Shown here: positions 49,481 to 62,505 of the stretch, in pieces
How the letters are laid out: every line of letters starts with the position of its first letter
Numbering within the stretch: position 1 is the first letter of the stretch
Origin: Basidiobolus meristosporus CBS 931.73
Taxonomy: Eukaryota > Fungi > Basidiobolomycota
Length of the DNA stretch: 64,000 bases
Direction of reading: 5' to 3'
Assembly (NCBI GenBank): GCA_002104905.1
Contig: MCFE01000006.1
Location: forward strand, 124,001 to 188,000
Position numbers and translations under genes: made by a program
Notes under the pieces: model-generated
The model's input: only the letters and a program-made list of their open reading frames with translations
Database searches by the model: none
What the model was told of the DNA's origin: nothing

Positions 49481-50593
49481 TGTGTGCTTGTTAGGATACA
49501 TCAAGAAAAACAATCAGGAAAAGGTGGGCACATTGCAATCATAGCATTGGCTGTATTCCAGCTTTCCCAAAAGTGTCAACTCTTGGTACCCAAGGTGTTG
49601 GCTCCCTATGAGAAGTAATTTAATTCCACAGGTGGGCACAATCTAGATCAGCCATCAGGATCCCATAATAAGGCTATTGTAATGTCAGCAGCTTGGAATT
49701 CTTGACTCTCTTCACAGTCCTATGGCAGGATTGTGACAGTACTTTGCTGTTTTTACTGTCAAACTAATCAATAAACTTGACAGTGCATCTACAGTGCTTA
49801 AGTTGGCCTTGAATGGTATATAGGAAGTCTTTATGTGGCCTACATCTATTTAAGTGGACCTAGCCAGCCAATAGGTGCAGCTACATTATATGCCAAGTAT
49901 CTCGGAGATGTTTAGATGGACTTGAGGCAGACCTTAGCAGGCAGTAGCACTGCAGTGCAGTGGCCTACAGCTAGTCCTGTATAGTGCTACTGTACCAATT
50001 TACTAAATGGCTTTTCATCTTCCTACATCCCCTAGTGTCATTTGTGTAAGCCATGTTGGAATCAAGCTACCTCATTTGCCTACCCAATACTACTACAGAT
50101 ATTCCACATCCAGTCAGATCAAAGAAAACTATGGCCTCCTGCCTACCAACCTCTACATATGCACAGACCTACTTCAAGGTTGCATGTTTTGTGCAACCCC
50201 ACCTTAGCTTACTTAGCTGATAGCCCATACATTGGGGCTGCTTAGCTTCCTGATGCCAATGGCAGGGGTACCTCCATGTGCACATCTATGCTTGGTATTT
50301 TCCAACTCTATATGGGTCTCCTCCATATGACAACTCATCACATCTATGCAGGACTTAAAGGTAATATCCCTGATGAGACTGGGATATGGCAATACTGGTT
50401 AATTAACTTGTCTTTCTATCTTCACGCAAATCCACTCCATAGGAAGCCTCCAATACTTGCTATATACAAAGCAAGAGGAGGCAGGGAATGGATACAGTAG
50501 CCACAGAGATATATGTGCTCAGCAGTATGCTGGCAGTATGGTTGCTCAAATTCTGTCACAAACTCATTGCAAAAAAGCTGCAGATGTTCAAGC

Positions 50594-52250
50594 CCCAAGA
50601 AAAATAATTTTGAAGATCCTGATGAAAGGCTTTTGCAAAATTGAAATCCCATGACTAAGAGGTATTGATCCCATCAGTACACCATGCAAAGACCATTGAA
50701 AGAATTGCACCCCAGATCTCACAAATAACTTAGTCAAAAAAATACATCATAAAAATATATTAGTAGCTTATAATTGGTTCTTTGCCAATTTTCTCACTTT
50801 CTGATCCTGGAGACAGAATCACCTTCTATGTGTGTGTATGTTAATTGGTAGTTACCTCTTATTCATACTTTTTACTTCCCAACTCAACCAATTTTCTTAC
50901 ATTTCATGCCTACAAATTGATTTATTTCTGTCTAAACTTCAGTTGTACCTCAATTGCCAATTGGACTGGCCTACACAAGTCCCTATATACAATACTGATC
51001 TTAAGCTTAACCCCTCATTCAACAAGTAACTCTATTAAGATCCATCATTCAATAAGTATTTCAGCTGTAATGTCCTTTCTCCAAGATGTTGGCAGGAACC
51101 CTACAGCTTTATGCCATTTTTTATTTACCAGTTACCATATGTCCTGGCTTTCAGCTGGCACTGCAAGGTTCAGCACTTCATGAGCCAGTCTTGGCTATAA
51201 ATCTTCTCAATAATTAAGTGAACTTTCTTGAGCACTGCACTTGAAGAAGAGCTGCAGCTTCTTGGTATGCCTTTTAATGTTTCATAATCCCAATTTAGGC
51301 ATTGTAATAGTTGTTTGAGTTACTGATGTTGTTGCTTTGTCTGTCAGTGTAAGCTCCACTCCATATACCACAGAGGACATGGAGTCATTAATAGACAAAT
51401 TGCCTTTCTCTACAGGGTCATCTACTTCACTAGAGTGTAGCTCAACTAGCAGATTCCAACTCTTTTGAGAACAGCTGTTGTCTTATTGGTAAATTTTCAT
51501 GGCTATTATGTAACTCAGTCTGTTCTGGGCTAGTGGCATTAATTGGTGAGAACAGCAGCTTTTTCTCATACTTCCCTGTCTCTGGCTTGGATAGACTGTT
51601 ATCTCCTCACCTTTACCATTGTCACTGCAAAGTCTGTCACTAATATTTTAACCAAATGATTCATGTATTGAACCACATTTCTTCTTGATAAATGCTGCAC
51701 TGGAGTATTCATCTTTACCTGCTTGCCCCTTACCAGCACTCTCCTGACAACCTGATGTTTCTTTGCCACTTGTTCTCAATGCTCAACCCTGCTTGTCATG
51801 GGCCCCTAAAAAAGCCATGGTTTTTTATCACTGCCCAGTGATTTGCTACTACTTTAGCTGAGTGCTTCATGCATTAAACTACATTCTTCCCATGATAAAT
51901 GCTGCACTGTTACACTGGTGCATCTATTTTGGCCTGATTGTCCCTTACCAGCACTCTTCTGGCTGCCTGATGTTTCTTTGCTGCTTATTGAAAGTCTTGA
52001 GCACTGTATGTGGCAAGCTCTTGAGGAAGCTGCTGGTTTTTAGCTGTGGCACTGTTATTCCTTTGCATCTTATAGTTTCTGCTATTCTTGAGATGAATTC
52101 TTAGCATAGCAATTCTGACCTAAAACTTATTTGCTTGCTTGAGTCCAGGATAATGCTCATGGAACAGATCAATTGAATTCTGCTTGGCCTTGAGCTCCTG
52201 ATAGCTGCACAGTATGCCAACAGTGAAGTGATGTCATGCTAGACTTCTGA
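50594..52250 (-). repeat. Unclassified repeat family Y, copy 2
   Basis: Homologous to copies 1, 3 and 4; contains an internal ~210-bp duplication (about 51690-51780 vs 51890-51990). Ends approximate. Confidence 0.65.
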
Positions 52251-52793
52251 TTTCCTCCTGAACATCAGCCTACTTTTCATCATTTCACTTAATGGCGTAA
52301 TAGATCTCCAATGCCTTATGATATGCAGGCTTGGGTGTAAAGATCAAGGTCTCTCCCTCCCATGCTGTAGTAGGCTTCTCTGTGGGCTTTATCTTTGGGT
52401 ACTGCTGTTGTGCTTCAAAGACTGCACAGTATTCCTCTGCAATTACATTGGGAAATGGCTCAATCTCTTGGCTGTGACATTAAGCCACTAGGGTTCCTTC
52501 CTTGAAGCCTATATACTGTGTTCTCTAGTTGAGTATTGATTGCACTACACAGACCATCTGCTCTTGTGGTCTCTGGACAATTTCCAGATTTCTTTTGGCC
52601 ATTGCATGTATCCTCGTATCCACCACACCTAATTGCCTCATTAGTACTTTGGTATGAGTAGACAGCATGTTTGTTAATATTGGTGGTAGTGATTTTACAA
52701 TGGTCATTTGCTGATCTTCCACTGGAGGTATTGTGTTTGCTACAGTCTCATCTACCTGAGCATTAGGATAAGCCTGCACCTCTGCAAGGACTT

Positions 52794-53200
52794 TCAGTGC
52801 CTACTTGACTGAGAGCCTGAGCAGTTGGAGAGTATTACTGTAAATGTATGACTGTAATATTTGTTGGACTGCATTAGCTTCTTTAGACAGGGTATTGCTG
52901 GAATATATCTGGAGTATGAACAATGTTTTCCCTCAATGGTGGTGGATTCCTGACAATTTGGACACATTGCCATAGTGGCATTTTTGGATTTGAATGCCAT
53001 GCAACTGTCAACACATGTTGGAATCAGGACAGTCTCTAGGTCATTTGTTGCCAGCCACATGATAGTTGTCCACTTGTACCATGTACATGATAAGTTGGAT
53101 CCTGGAATGATTTTGGCAAGAAGTAGTAATAAATCCTCAAGGCCCCCATTACTGATATTAGTACAAATGCTCTACTATTCTAGCCACAACATTACATCAT
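52794..53200 (-). mobile_element. CACTA/EnSpm transposase relic (N-terminal part)
   Basis: Minus-strand peptide ISNGGLEDLLLLLAKIIPGSNL...IPTCVDSCMAF...CPNCQE...RYIPAIPCLKKLM matches the CACTA transposase N-terminal Cys motif (C-x-N/D-x-C...CPxC...YxP). Confidence 0.7.
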
Positions 53201-54048
53201 TCACCAGTAGATATATTACTGGGCTCACTTGGCTCTATAAAGTATCCTTGGCATTTGTTTCAGTGGGTGTTGTCTCATTGCATATTGGGATTTGACCAGG
53301 CTCATGGGTTGAACTGTTGTTAGGAAAGATGGGACCAAAATCCATCAGTGAGCCTTCTGTGTCAGAGCTATCACTCTGCATGCCATATTCAGAAGGATGA
53401 GGTGAGCCTAAAGGTATCACAAACTCACTTGACCCAGTTTGTGCAAGGTGACAAGTATGGCCATTTTAGAAGTATTAAGTTGCTGGCAAGATATTGCTGG
53501 TACAGTAGTAACTGATAAATTGTCAAATATAACATGTGTGGCAAAACACTGTCAGCAATACTTGTAATGCTTCCTATGCTATCTGAATGCTTCATGGCTG
53601 AGAGGCTTGCTATAAGAGCTACATGATCTTTTTCTCTTTTTGGCTCATACAAGTGCATTAATGAGGCACTTTGGTGCTTTAGCTCATAGAATAGATGTAA
53701 TGGTCAGAGAAAAGAGGACACAGTCCAGAAACATGATGAGCAGATAATATGTGTAGAGCAAATAGTATCCCAAGTAGTGAGTGCAGTATCTTTGCTGCAA
53801 AGAAGGAACTCAAGTAGCTCAATGCTATAGCTAAGAGTTGGGCCATTTCCAAATTTAACAATAGAGCAACACTGTTCAGTATTTAAAGCTCAACAACAGT
53901 GCCTGGAGATAATGCCCACAAAAAAACATACCACAGCATTGGAGGAAGAGACTGTGGTGTTTATACCCAGGCCTAAGAGTCAAATGACATTGAAGGTCCA
54001 TAAATCCATTGGGTGAAATGATGCAGAGTACATCAATATTTAAGAGGG

Positions 54049-54631
54049 TGTTGTGGTAGGCTAAACATACCTCCCACAGAAAATTTTATTCATATAGCTA
54101 TTATGTTGTACTTATCCATATAATATCTTATTATTATTATGTCATTCTTCTTTTGCCTATATTATTGGTATAATCTCCATATGATGTTTACCCTGATTAG
54201 TTATTAGCGTTAGTTATACCAGATGTTACTCTGCTTTGTGACCAGTATATGAATCTACATAAGGCAAGTACCCACATCAGTACCTGTGACACATGACCTA
54301 GGTCTGTGCTACCATCCCTTCCATTTCAATACCATATGTGGTATCCTTATGTTGCACAGGTTTCAGACTACAGATCCCTGATTGGTTCGATGTGCTGTTC
54401 CTTTTAAACCTTCCAGGACCTTTTTGGAGTATTATTTAGCTCATAGTAATTTCATCACAGATTCCACTAATGCCTGGAATTTTCTAGAACCTTGTCATTA
54501 GTAATCACTTGGCAATCATATCAAGTATTTAAGGGATGTCAATCCCTCATCAATAAGTCATCCCATCTATGAATAACACTTCTCCCTTATTGATCAGCAG
54601 TTGATCACTGCACCTGCCTTCAACAGTTACA
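54049..54631 (+). repeat. Possible LTR (family D), single copy in this window
   Basis: Starts TGTTG after a purine run (AAGAGGG), ends GTTACA, with TATA-like and AATAA-like motifs inside. No partner LTR or TSD seen. Confidence 0.3.
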
Positions 54632-55239
54632 TCTCAAACCTGCCATCAAGGAGCTTTTCAGGGTAGTGCACAAGACACACAGAGGCCTTTGGAGACACTT
54701 GGAGCACCTAGAAATCTAGAGAAGAGGAACTTTTATAATAGTGACATATTGACAAAGGCACCAGCAGTTTAGACCCAGAGGTTATTGCACCCTTCAGACA
54801 TCTCACACACCTTGAGTTGTGTAGCTTCTCCCAGGAGTACCCCTACACCACCACACCATTAAAAGTCTAGCATGGTATTGCCTAAAGGCAGGTACACCAT
54901 GGGACCATCAGGAGCTCAAGGTCAAGCAGATGATAGTTCCAGGCAAGGAGTAAAGAAACGCTAGGTTGCTGGGGGAGTGCCAGCAAGAGACAAGCAGGCA
55001 AAAATTGAAGTCAGATTGGGTATTTGACGGTAAATATAACAACAAGTAATAACATGTAAATACATTTTTATTTCATATATAATTTAAAAGTTTCTTGTTT
55101 CAAAAATAGTTTTTCAGACTTTTGTTTTAAATTTGGTTTTTAATATTTAAATTTCAATTCTGGTTTTTTAACTTAAACCATATCTTTTGTTAACCTTTAT
55201 AGTTGCCATATAAAAAAAGTTTTTTAAAAAATATTTACA

Positions 55240-55400
55240 GCAAAAGTTTTGTCAAGATGAGAAACTTTGGGTTAAAAAAAATAGTTGGAAAGGTTTTGTC
55301 TAAAATCAAACTTGTGGAAGAAAAAGATATGTTGCAAAAGTTTTGTCTAAGATTAAACTTGTTGGGATTAAAAAATGGTTTCAAAAGGTTTGGTTTGAAA
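55240..55400. repeat. 47-bp tandem repeat, about 3.4 copies, inside a 410-bp AT-rich island
   Basis: Units start at 55240, 55287, 55334 and 55381, with core G(C/G)AAA(A/G)GTTTTGTC...AAACTT. Confidence 0.75.
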
Positions 55401-55827
55401 GATTTATTCCAGAATATTTGGGAGAGTACCGGCAAGAGACAAGCAGGCAAAAATGGAAGCACCCATGCAGCTTATGTCAAAGAGAAAACAGAGAACAATA
55501 CAAGAAGCACTCAGTCAAAGTGGCAGTGTATGACTTGGCAGTGATAATGGTAAAGGTGAAGAGAAACAGGTTTACCCAAGCCAGAGACAGGGAAGTGTGT
55601 GAAAAAAGCTGCAGTTCTCATCAATCAATGCCATAGGCACAGAACAGGCTGAGTCTCATTGCAGCCAAGAAGAAGTACCAGCAAGACATGAGTTGTTTTC
55701 TCAAGTGATGGAAGTGCAGCCACTTGAGCTACACTCAAGTGAGGTAGATGAGTTTGCTTGTCTACCACTGCCACCATGTCCTCTATTGTAGACAGAGTGA
55801 AGGTCCTGGTGAGAGAGAAAGCACAAC

Positions 55828-56193
55828 TGTTACAAGTCTTGATATAAGAGTTGTAGAGGAATAGGGAGTTTAGCTAGTATTATATTCACCAAAGCTTGAA
55901 CTGATTTTTATTGAGGTTCCAGCAGCTCCTTGTATACATTTTGCCAGATCAATTGCTGACTAATTGTATTTCCTAATGTAAGCCATGGCTGATGACTCAT
56001 TTGATTGCATCATCATCCAATAAGATCTTACTTAATACAACTATTTCTGTCTGATAAGGATCTGCTGATTCATTTGCTGACTAATGCTACTGATTTGATA
56101 GATAACACTGATATACTGATAAGCTAAACATATAACTAACTAACTTGACTAAAAGCTGAGCTAATATAAACACTCAAGTGGTAGATCATAACA
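55828..56193 (-). mobile_element. Solo LTR, family C (Copia)
   Basis: High identity to 61313-61685; TG/CA ends; AATAAA on the minus strand. TSD not resolved. Confidence 0.7.
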
Positions 56194-57049
56194 CATCATC
56201 AAGAACTCAAAAGACTATCACAATGCCAACAGTAGAATTTTGGAATGTTAATAGGCACACTAAGAGGTAGCAGAACCTCATCACAAGCAGTGCTCAAGAA
56301 AATGTTTGAATATTGAAAGGACTTATTGCAAAGACTGGCAGAAGAGGTGCTGGATCTTGCAGTGCTGATTGAAGGCCAGGATATATAGGAATCAGTGAAT
56401 GAAGAGTGGCATAAAGCAACAGGGTTCCTGCCAAAGGCCTGGAAAAGGGCTTTATAGCTGAAATGCTTATTGAATGGTTCATTTTGATGGAGTTACTTGT
56501 TGAGTGTGGGGTTGGGCTTAGCATCAGTTTTGGGTGTAGGGACTTGTATAGGTCAATACTATTGGCAATGGAGGTGCAACTGAAGTTTTGACACAAATAG
56601 TTCAATTTGTATAGATGAAAAGTAAGAAAATTAGTAGAGTCAGAAAGTAACAAGTGAGAAAAAGAGGCAATAACCAATCAATGTATGCAAATGAGGAGGT
56701 GATTAAGTGTCTAGGATTAGAAAGTGAGAGAATTGGCAGAAAACCAATCAAAAGCCACTGATGTATTGTTATGATGAAAATATTTGACCACTTTGTTGTG
56801 ACATCTGGGGTGCAATTATTTTTCAGCAGTCTTTGGATGGTATCCTGATGGGATCAATATCTTTTAGTCTCATGACTTTGATTTTGTAGTGGCCTTTGAT
56901 GGGATCATCACAATAATTTCTTGTAGGGTTTACTAAAGTATGCTTGGTTTCTCCTGGGTGCAAGTTGATTTCTACACTATTCAATACGAATTCAAACAAA
57001 CAAGAACCTGAGCATACAAATGGGGGGGGGACTAAAATAAATCAGGGAG

Positions 57050-57700
57050 AATGAAAACACTGTCCAAGTTCCAAAAAGTGTTTTGCGGATATTCAAGAGG
57101 TGTTGATAGCAAAAGTGGCTGCAGCCAAGTATGTGTTTGCAAGATGTATATGTAACCAGCAATACAGTCCATATAGCAATTGTGCAAGTATTTCACTGAA
57201 AAGCCACTAAGTTGATGCGTTAGAAGTGTGTCAACTGTAGTGGGTGAGTATGCATATAGGGGTCTGTGGGTAGGAGGCCATACATTTTTTGATTTGAATT
57301 ATATGTGGAATACGCATGGTAGTAATGGGTATACAAATCATTTGGGGTGATTCCACAAAGATGTATATGAGTGACATAAAGGGAGGTATCAAATGAAATA
57401 CCATCTTATATATTAGTACAGTAGCATTATACAGCACTAGCTATAGGCCACTATACCATCATTATAATGACAACAGATGTCCACATCAAGGCCATCAAAA
57501 TACTGTGCAGTTATTCCAAAGAGGGTATTTGCATGTACTGGCTGATTGGGCCCACTCAAATGAGCTAAGGCTGCAATACAACTGTCAGATTCCCATCAAA
57601 ATTGCTTGAACAACCACTTAACACTGTCAAACTTGCTTACCTGCATAGAGTAAGAACCAGCATAATACCATTACAACTCCATCACAAGAGTATAAACTAG
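57050..57700 (-). mobile_element. Possible CACTA transposase relic (middle region)
   Basis: Broken minus-strand peptides IAALAHLSGPNQPVHANTLF and PLLLSTPLEYPQNTF weakly resemble CACTA transposase motifs. Confidence 0.35.
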
Positions 57701-58099
57701 GTCACTCATTCCAATCAGTTGGCATTGTCACATCCTCATTGCAAGATCTTGATGACTCATCCACATTGGATCCACCTGCAGGGCCAACACATGATTCCTA
57801 ATGCTTCAAATGTACACTAAGTAGTGGCTGCTTCAGAATACCACTTGAATAAAAACTATCATCTTTAGTCAGTCTTGGGTGTATATTGTTGCATAAACAT
57901 ATGAACATTAATTGGAGCTTGGAGGAGTAACTTTCATAGCAGATACACTGTAATATATACTGGTTCCTTCAAACCTTACCAGTATCCGAAGGGGCTCATT
58001 AAGCTTAATATACCCCATATAACATGCATGTTGTTATTGGAATATTCTTCAAGAGCAAATGCATTCCACTCTGTTGTTGGTTTTTCCCTTTGAGAAAGT

Positions 58100-58830
58100 G
58101 CTGAAATAATCCTGTCAAAAGGCTGTCCCAAATTTAAGTCCAGTAACTAAGAGGTATTGGAGGATATGTAGTCTATGGTAGCCAAGTTTGCTTTCTCTGC
58201 AGGATCATCAACCTCACTAGCTTGTAGCTCAACTGGCTATGCTCCCAAATCTTTCAAAAACAGCTGTAATTTTGTTGGTGAACAATCTTGGCAATTTTGT
58301 AATTAAGCTTGTTCAGGGCTGATGGCATTTACTGGCATGAACCACAGCTTTTTGCACACACTTCCCTCTCTCTGGCTTGGATGAATCTTCTTGTCTTTAC
58401 TTTGAGCTTTATCACCGCCAATTCACTCACTACTAGTTTGACTCAGTGCCTCTTTTATTACACTACATTTTCTCCTTAATGAATGCAGCACTCATGCATC
58501 AGTTTTTGCCTGCTTGTTCCTTACATGTACTCTACTAGTAGGTTGCCATTTTTCTGTTGCTTACTTGAAATTTTGAGCTCTGCTTGTGACTGGCCCCTGC
58601 AAAAGCTACAGGCTTTAATCACTGCCAGGTCCTTTACTGCTTCTTTGACTGAGAGCTTCTTGTATTGGTTACATACTTTCCTTGCTAGATCTTGCTCTGA
58701 TGCACTTATTTTGCCTGCATATTGTTTTCTGCCACTCTTTAGGCTGCCAAATGCTTCTTTGCCAATTGTTAGGCTTGTAATATTGCACCTGCAAAAATAT
58801 TTGGACTTGATGATCCAATTGCAGTATAAC
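58100..58830 (-). repeat. Unclassified repeat family Y, copy 4 (partial)
   Basis: Matches about 51380-51800 (e.g. CTTCCCTCTCTCTGGCTTGGAT, AATGCAGCACT). Confidence 0.6.
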
Positions 58831-59986
58831 TAACAGTATTCCAGCAAACAGCCATCATTAAATCTCCACTATCACCAGTACTTTCAAGTATGTGTTTGTT
58901 GAAAATATTGGAACACTTGGAATCATTAAGCAGCAAAAAATTTACTTAGCAATTCAAGACTAGTCTTGATTACTATAGGACTTACTTACAGCCCTAGTTT
59001 TGCCAGCTTCTTCAGATCTACAATCATATGATTGTTTCCCTATAGGCAAGATTAAATTAACACTTTTTACCAAATATTATTTACTAACCCTGAAGCTGTT
59101 ACAGATTGCTCCTGAATGTTGAGAAACCCTCCTTACTTTGTATTATAGCTGAATTACTTCTACAAAGGTATAAACACTGACCCTCTTTATGAATAAACAA
59201 CAGCTGAACTGTTATCAGTTTTCCTTCATAGGTTCCTTATATTCAATTCACTTCTTGTACTAGAGCATTGGAAGAGAAATCAAGCATAATGACTGATACA
59301 GCAGCTGCTTTGATTTGGAGAATGCAGGACACTCTACAGAGATAGGATATGCATGTAACATATGCTGAAATTAATCTACCAAGGACTAGATTCCTTATCT
59401 TTACTGCAAAGAAGGAACTTAAGTAGCTCAGTGGCACTCTTCAGGCTTAACCTCTGTCAGGTGTAACAGCAATGGTACACCAAAGAGTCTTTTAAGCACA
59501 ATATTCATGCCCTGGGACAAAGGTTACAAAACTCCTATTACAGAACTGAAAAGAGCAACTGCAGTATAGTATTTCATAGTTATAGAATAGTCTAAAAGTC
59601 AAAAGTTGCTCAAAACCTGATAGGCAACTGAGGGTAATATGAAGTGTGGGGTTGTGAATACCCTATAAATAAACACTTGGTCCTGGAGATGGCTCCAGTT
59701 CAGTTCAGCCATCAGTATCATGCAACAAGGCTGTCTTAATGCCAACTGCTTGAAATTTCTAATCCTCTTTACACACTTATGGCAGGATTGTGACAATGTT
59801 TACTGATTTTACTGCTAGAATTGGCTGGTACCCAAAGGTAGCCTGACAAAGGTTGGTGTAGTTGTCCTAATAAAATTAGTTGCTTGTTGCATTCAGGCCA
59901 ACCTTGCTCTACTTCACTGATAGCCCATGCATTGCAGCCACTTAGCTCCTCAATACCAGAGGCATAGGTTTCACTATGACAGCATG

Positions 59987-60507
59987 TGTCATGATCACAT
60001 GACAACCATGAGCACCCATGCCAAGTTTCAGCTTCCTAGCTCAATTTCTAAGAGATTCCTTCTGGAGCCTGCTACCACCTTCCAGAAAGTTCCTGACCAT
60101 TCCAAACCATTGTTACACAATGGAACATTCCATGGAAGCTTCCTGTTGTATTTTTCATAGTCCAGTACCATATATGGAAATACCAGGTCTCATGACTTAG
60201 TGAAATGATCAGGTGACGCAATCCATTTCCCCATCCTGTCTCAGTGCCTTGCCTTCTATATTATTATCCCCAGCACTGCTGCTGTGCCTCACCCCACAAC
60301 CCCATTATTATTAGCTAATATCTCTTGGCATCAGTATAGCCAAAAAGTCTATATAGTCCTATCCCCTGTTATGTATTCCTCAGTCTGATAAAAACAGGTC
60401 TTGAATAAACAGCCTTGCCTTGAATCCTGCCTTGCCTTGATGGTCCACACCTAAGTCCTTCCCTGCCGTGCCTAGCTTTTCCTCCTGCCTTGTGTCTATT
60501 CATAACA
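59987..60507 (+). mobile_element. Solo LTR, family B (521 bp)
   Basis: TGTCATGATC...TTCATAACA; TSD GCATG/ACATG (1 mismatch). Homologous to 43307-43818. Confidence 0.85.
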
Positions 60508-60679
60508 ACATGTGTCTTCAGTATTCACAACTTGTCCTGGCTGTCTGCCATGTGCAAACTCATTTCAACTATGATAGACCTGGAGACAGTACTCTTACAA
60601 AGATGGGGATGTGGTGGTACTAGCTACTTGACTCATCTTGCCTTCTCCTGACACATCTGCTCTATAGGCCACTCCTGAA

Positions 60680-62000
60680 AGGTGAAGAATGCTCAATATT
60701 CCCCACACCCCAAGCATTGAGGGGTAGAGAATGGCTGCAGTCACAGTAGAGATCTATGTGCTCAGCTTTGTGCTTGTAGTATTGCTGCTTACATCCCAAC
60801 ACAAACTCCTTGCTTGACAGCTGTCAATGAAAAAAGTTGACATTGATGATCTGCTTCTTTACAAATATTTTTACCATGGAAAGATATGACTCCAAATACT
60901 CTTAATGTACACTGCAGGGGAACTGCTTCAGAAGACCAATTGAAGCAACACACATCCAGTACACCCAGTCCTTGCATTTGAACTGTTGCAAATGCACAGG
61001 ATTCTTAATATAGCTGGTGAGGAATACATTGGTTAGTGGATACATGGGTGCTATCAGGGTAGCTTTATCAAGTTTTTCTTCTATCTCAAAGCATGCATTG
61101 AGCCTGAAATGCCCTGTGCACAACTTGATCATTATAATAGGGATCTTGATGCAGAGCAAAGTCATTGAACCCAGTGAGAATATTTCATCAGAATCATACA
61201 TCACAAAGAAGACTTACCAACACAACAAGAGCAATTTTTGCAAGTATTTGAAGCACAGCCAATAGAGCTTTACCTTTGTGAGGTAGATTAGTTTTCAGAG
61301 AAAGGTAACTTGTGTTACAAGTCTTGGTATAAGAGTGGTAGAGGAATAGGGAGTTTGGCTAGTATTGTATTCACTAAGACTTGAACTGATCTTTATTGAG
61401 GTTCCAGCCGCTCCTTATATACATTTTGCCAGATCAATTGTTGGCTAATTGTATTTCCTAATGTAGGTCGTGGCTGATGACTCATTTGATTGCATCATCA
61501 TCACCCAATAAGATCCTACTTAATATATCTATTTCTGTCTGATAAGGATATACTGATTCATTTGCTGACTAATGCTACTAATTTAATAGATAAGACTGAT
61601 ATACTGATATACTGATAACCTAAGCATACAACCAATGGATTTGACTAAAAACTGATCTAACTTAAATATTCAAGTGGCTCCCACATCATATATTGTAGAA
61701 AATGTTGATATTGCACTGCATGCAACATAACTTTACTCTGAAATTATCATACTCTGATAATGTCTATAGCCAAAGCCAGGGCCTGTGGGAACCTGCAAGT
61801 AAACAACTGTGCAAAGCTGCTGTGCTATATATGGCAGATTGAGTACACTTACTCATGGTTTTCCATTTCTTTGATAAGCAATTCTGCTTTGCCCATATGA
61901 AGAGTACCAGCCACTTATGATACTTATCCAGATATGATGTTGGCAATAGTTATGGCAGAATTTTCAAGGTTTACTGTAAGCAAGTAAATTTAGGACAGAC
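60680..62000 (-). mobile_element. CACTA/EnSpm transposase relic (central to C-terminal), interrupted by an LTR-C copy
   Basis: Minus-strand peptides IKNPVHLQQFKCKDWVYWMCVASIGLLKQF and FVLGCKQQYYKHKAEHIDL match the CACTA FKAxEWxxW...F...Y...Y pattern; KLCCMQCNI lies upstream. Confidence 0.6.
61313..61685 (-). mobile_element. Solo LTR, family C (Copia)
   Basis: High identity to 55828-56193. Confidence 0.7.
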
Positions 62001-62505
62001 AAGCATCCAAGCTGAAGATCTTGATATAAAGGGTATATGATGTCCTATTTATACAATCATGGTACAATCATTAAAGCGTCTATACTGTGCAGGTCTCATA
62101 CTACTGCTCAATGCTTGTTTGAGATTATCCTCTCTTTTAGAGCCTTGCAGAGCTCACATCATGTACCTTAGCTTGTTGTGATGTTGTCCAAAGCACTGCA
62201 GAAGCCTATAGCCTCACTTATATCAAGCATTAGTAGTCACATATCATTCTGAAGATGCATCAAATCAAAGTCAATCCCCTTGGTAGACAATTCCATCTAT
62301 CTGCAATCCTGTGCCTATATTGGCTGGCAGCTGATCACTCCATGTACCTTCCGGAGTTGTAACTCCAAGTTACTATCAGCAAGCTTGCAGAGCATGCAGG
62401 GGGCTTTGAAAACACATGGAGCACCTTGGATGCTAAAGATACAAGGGCTCTTACAGCTATAGCTTGCTAAAAGACAAGCTAGAAGCTTAGACATATGCAT
62501 TATTA

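Larger units (their letters stand above)
54850..56930 (+). repeat. Unclassified repeat family Y, copy 3 (inverted), interrupted by the AT-rich island and an LTR-C copy
   Basis: Reverse-complement match to copy 2, e.g. CAGGAGCTCAAGGTCAAGCAGA at about 54910 and GGGTTCCTGCCAA at about 56422. Confidence 0.65.

Noticed and set aside
55240-55430. Regularly spaced repeats as a possible CRISPR array
   Set aside because: The units are contiguous tandem copies without unique spacers, the context is eukaryotic, and no cas genes are present.
55203-55544. Lys/Phe-rich ORFs on both strands over the AT-rich island
   Set aside because: Composition artefact of A/T tracts and the 47-bp repeat; no ATG context or domain.
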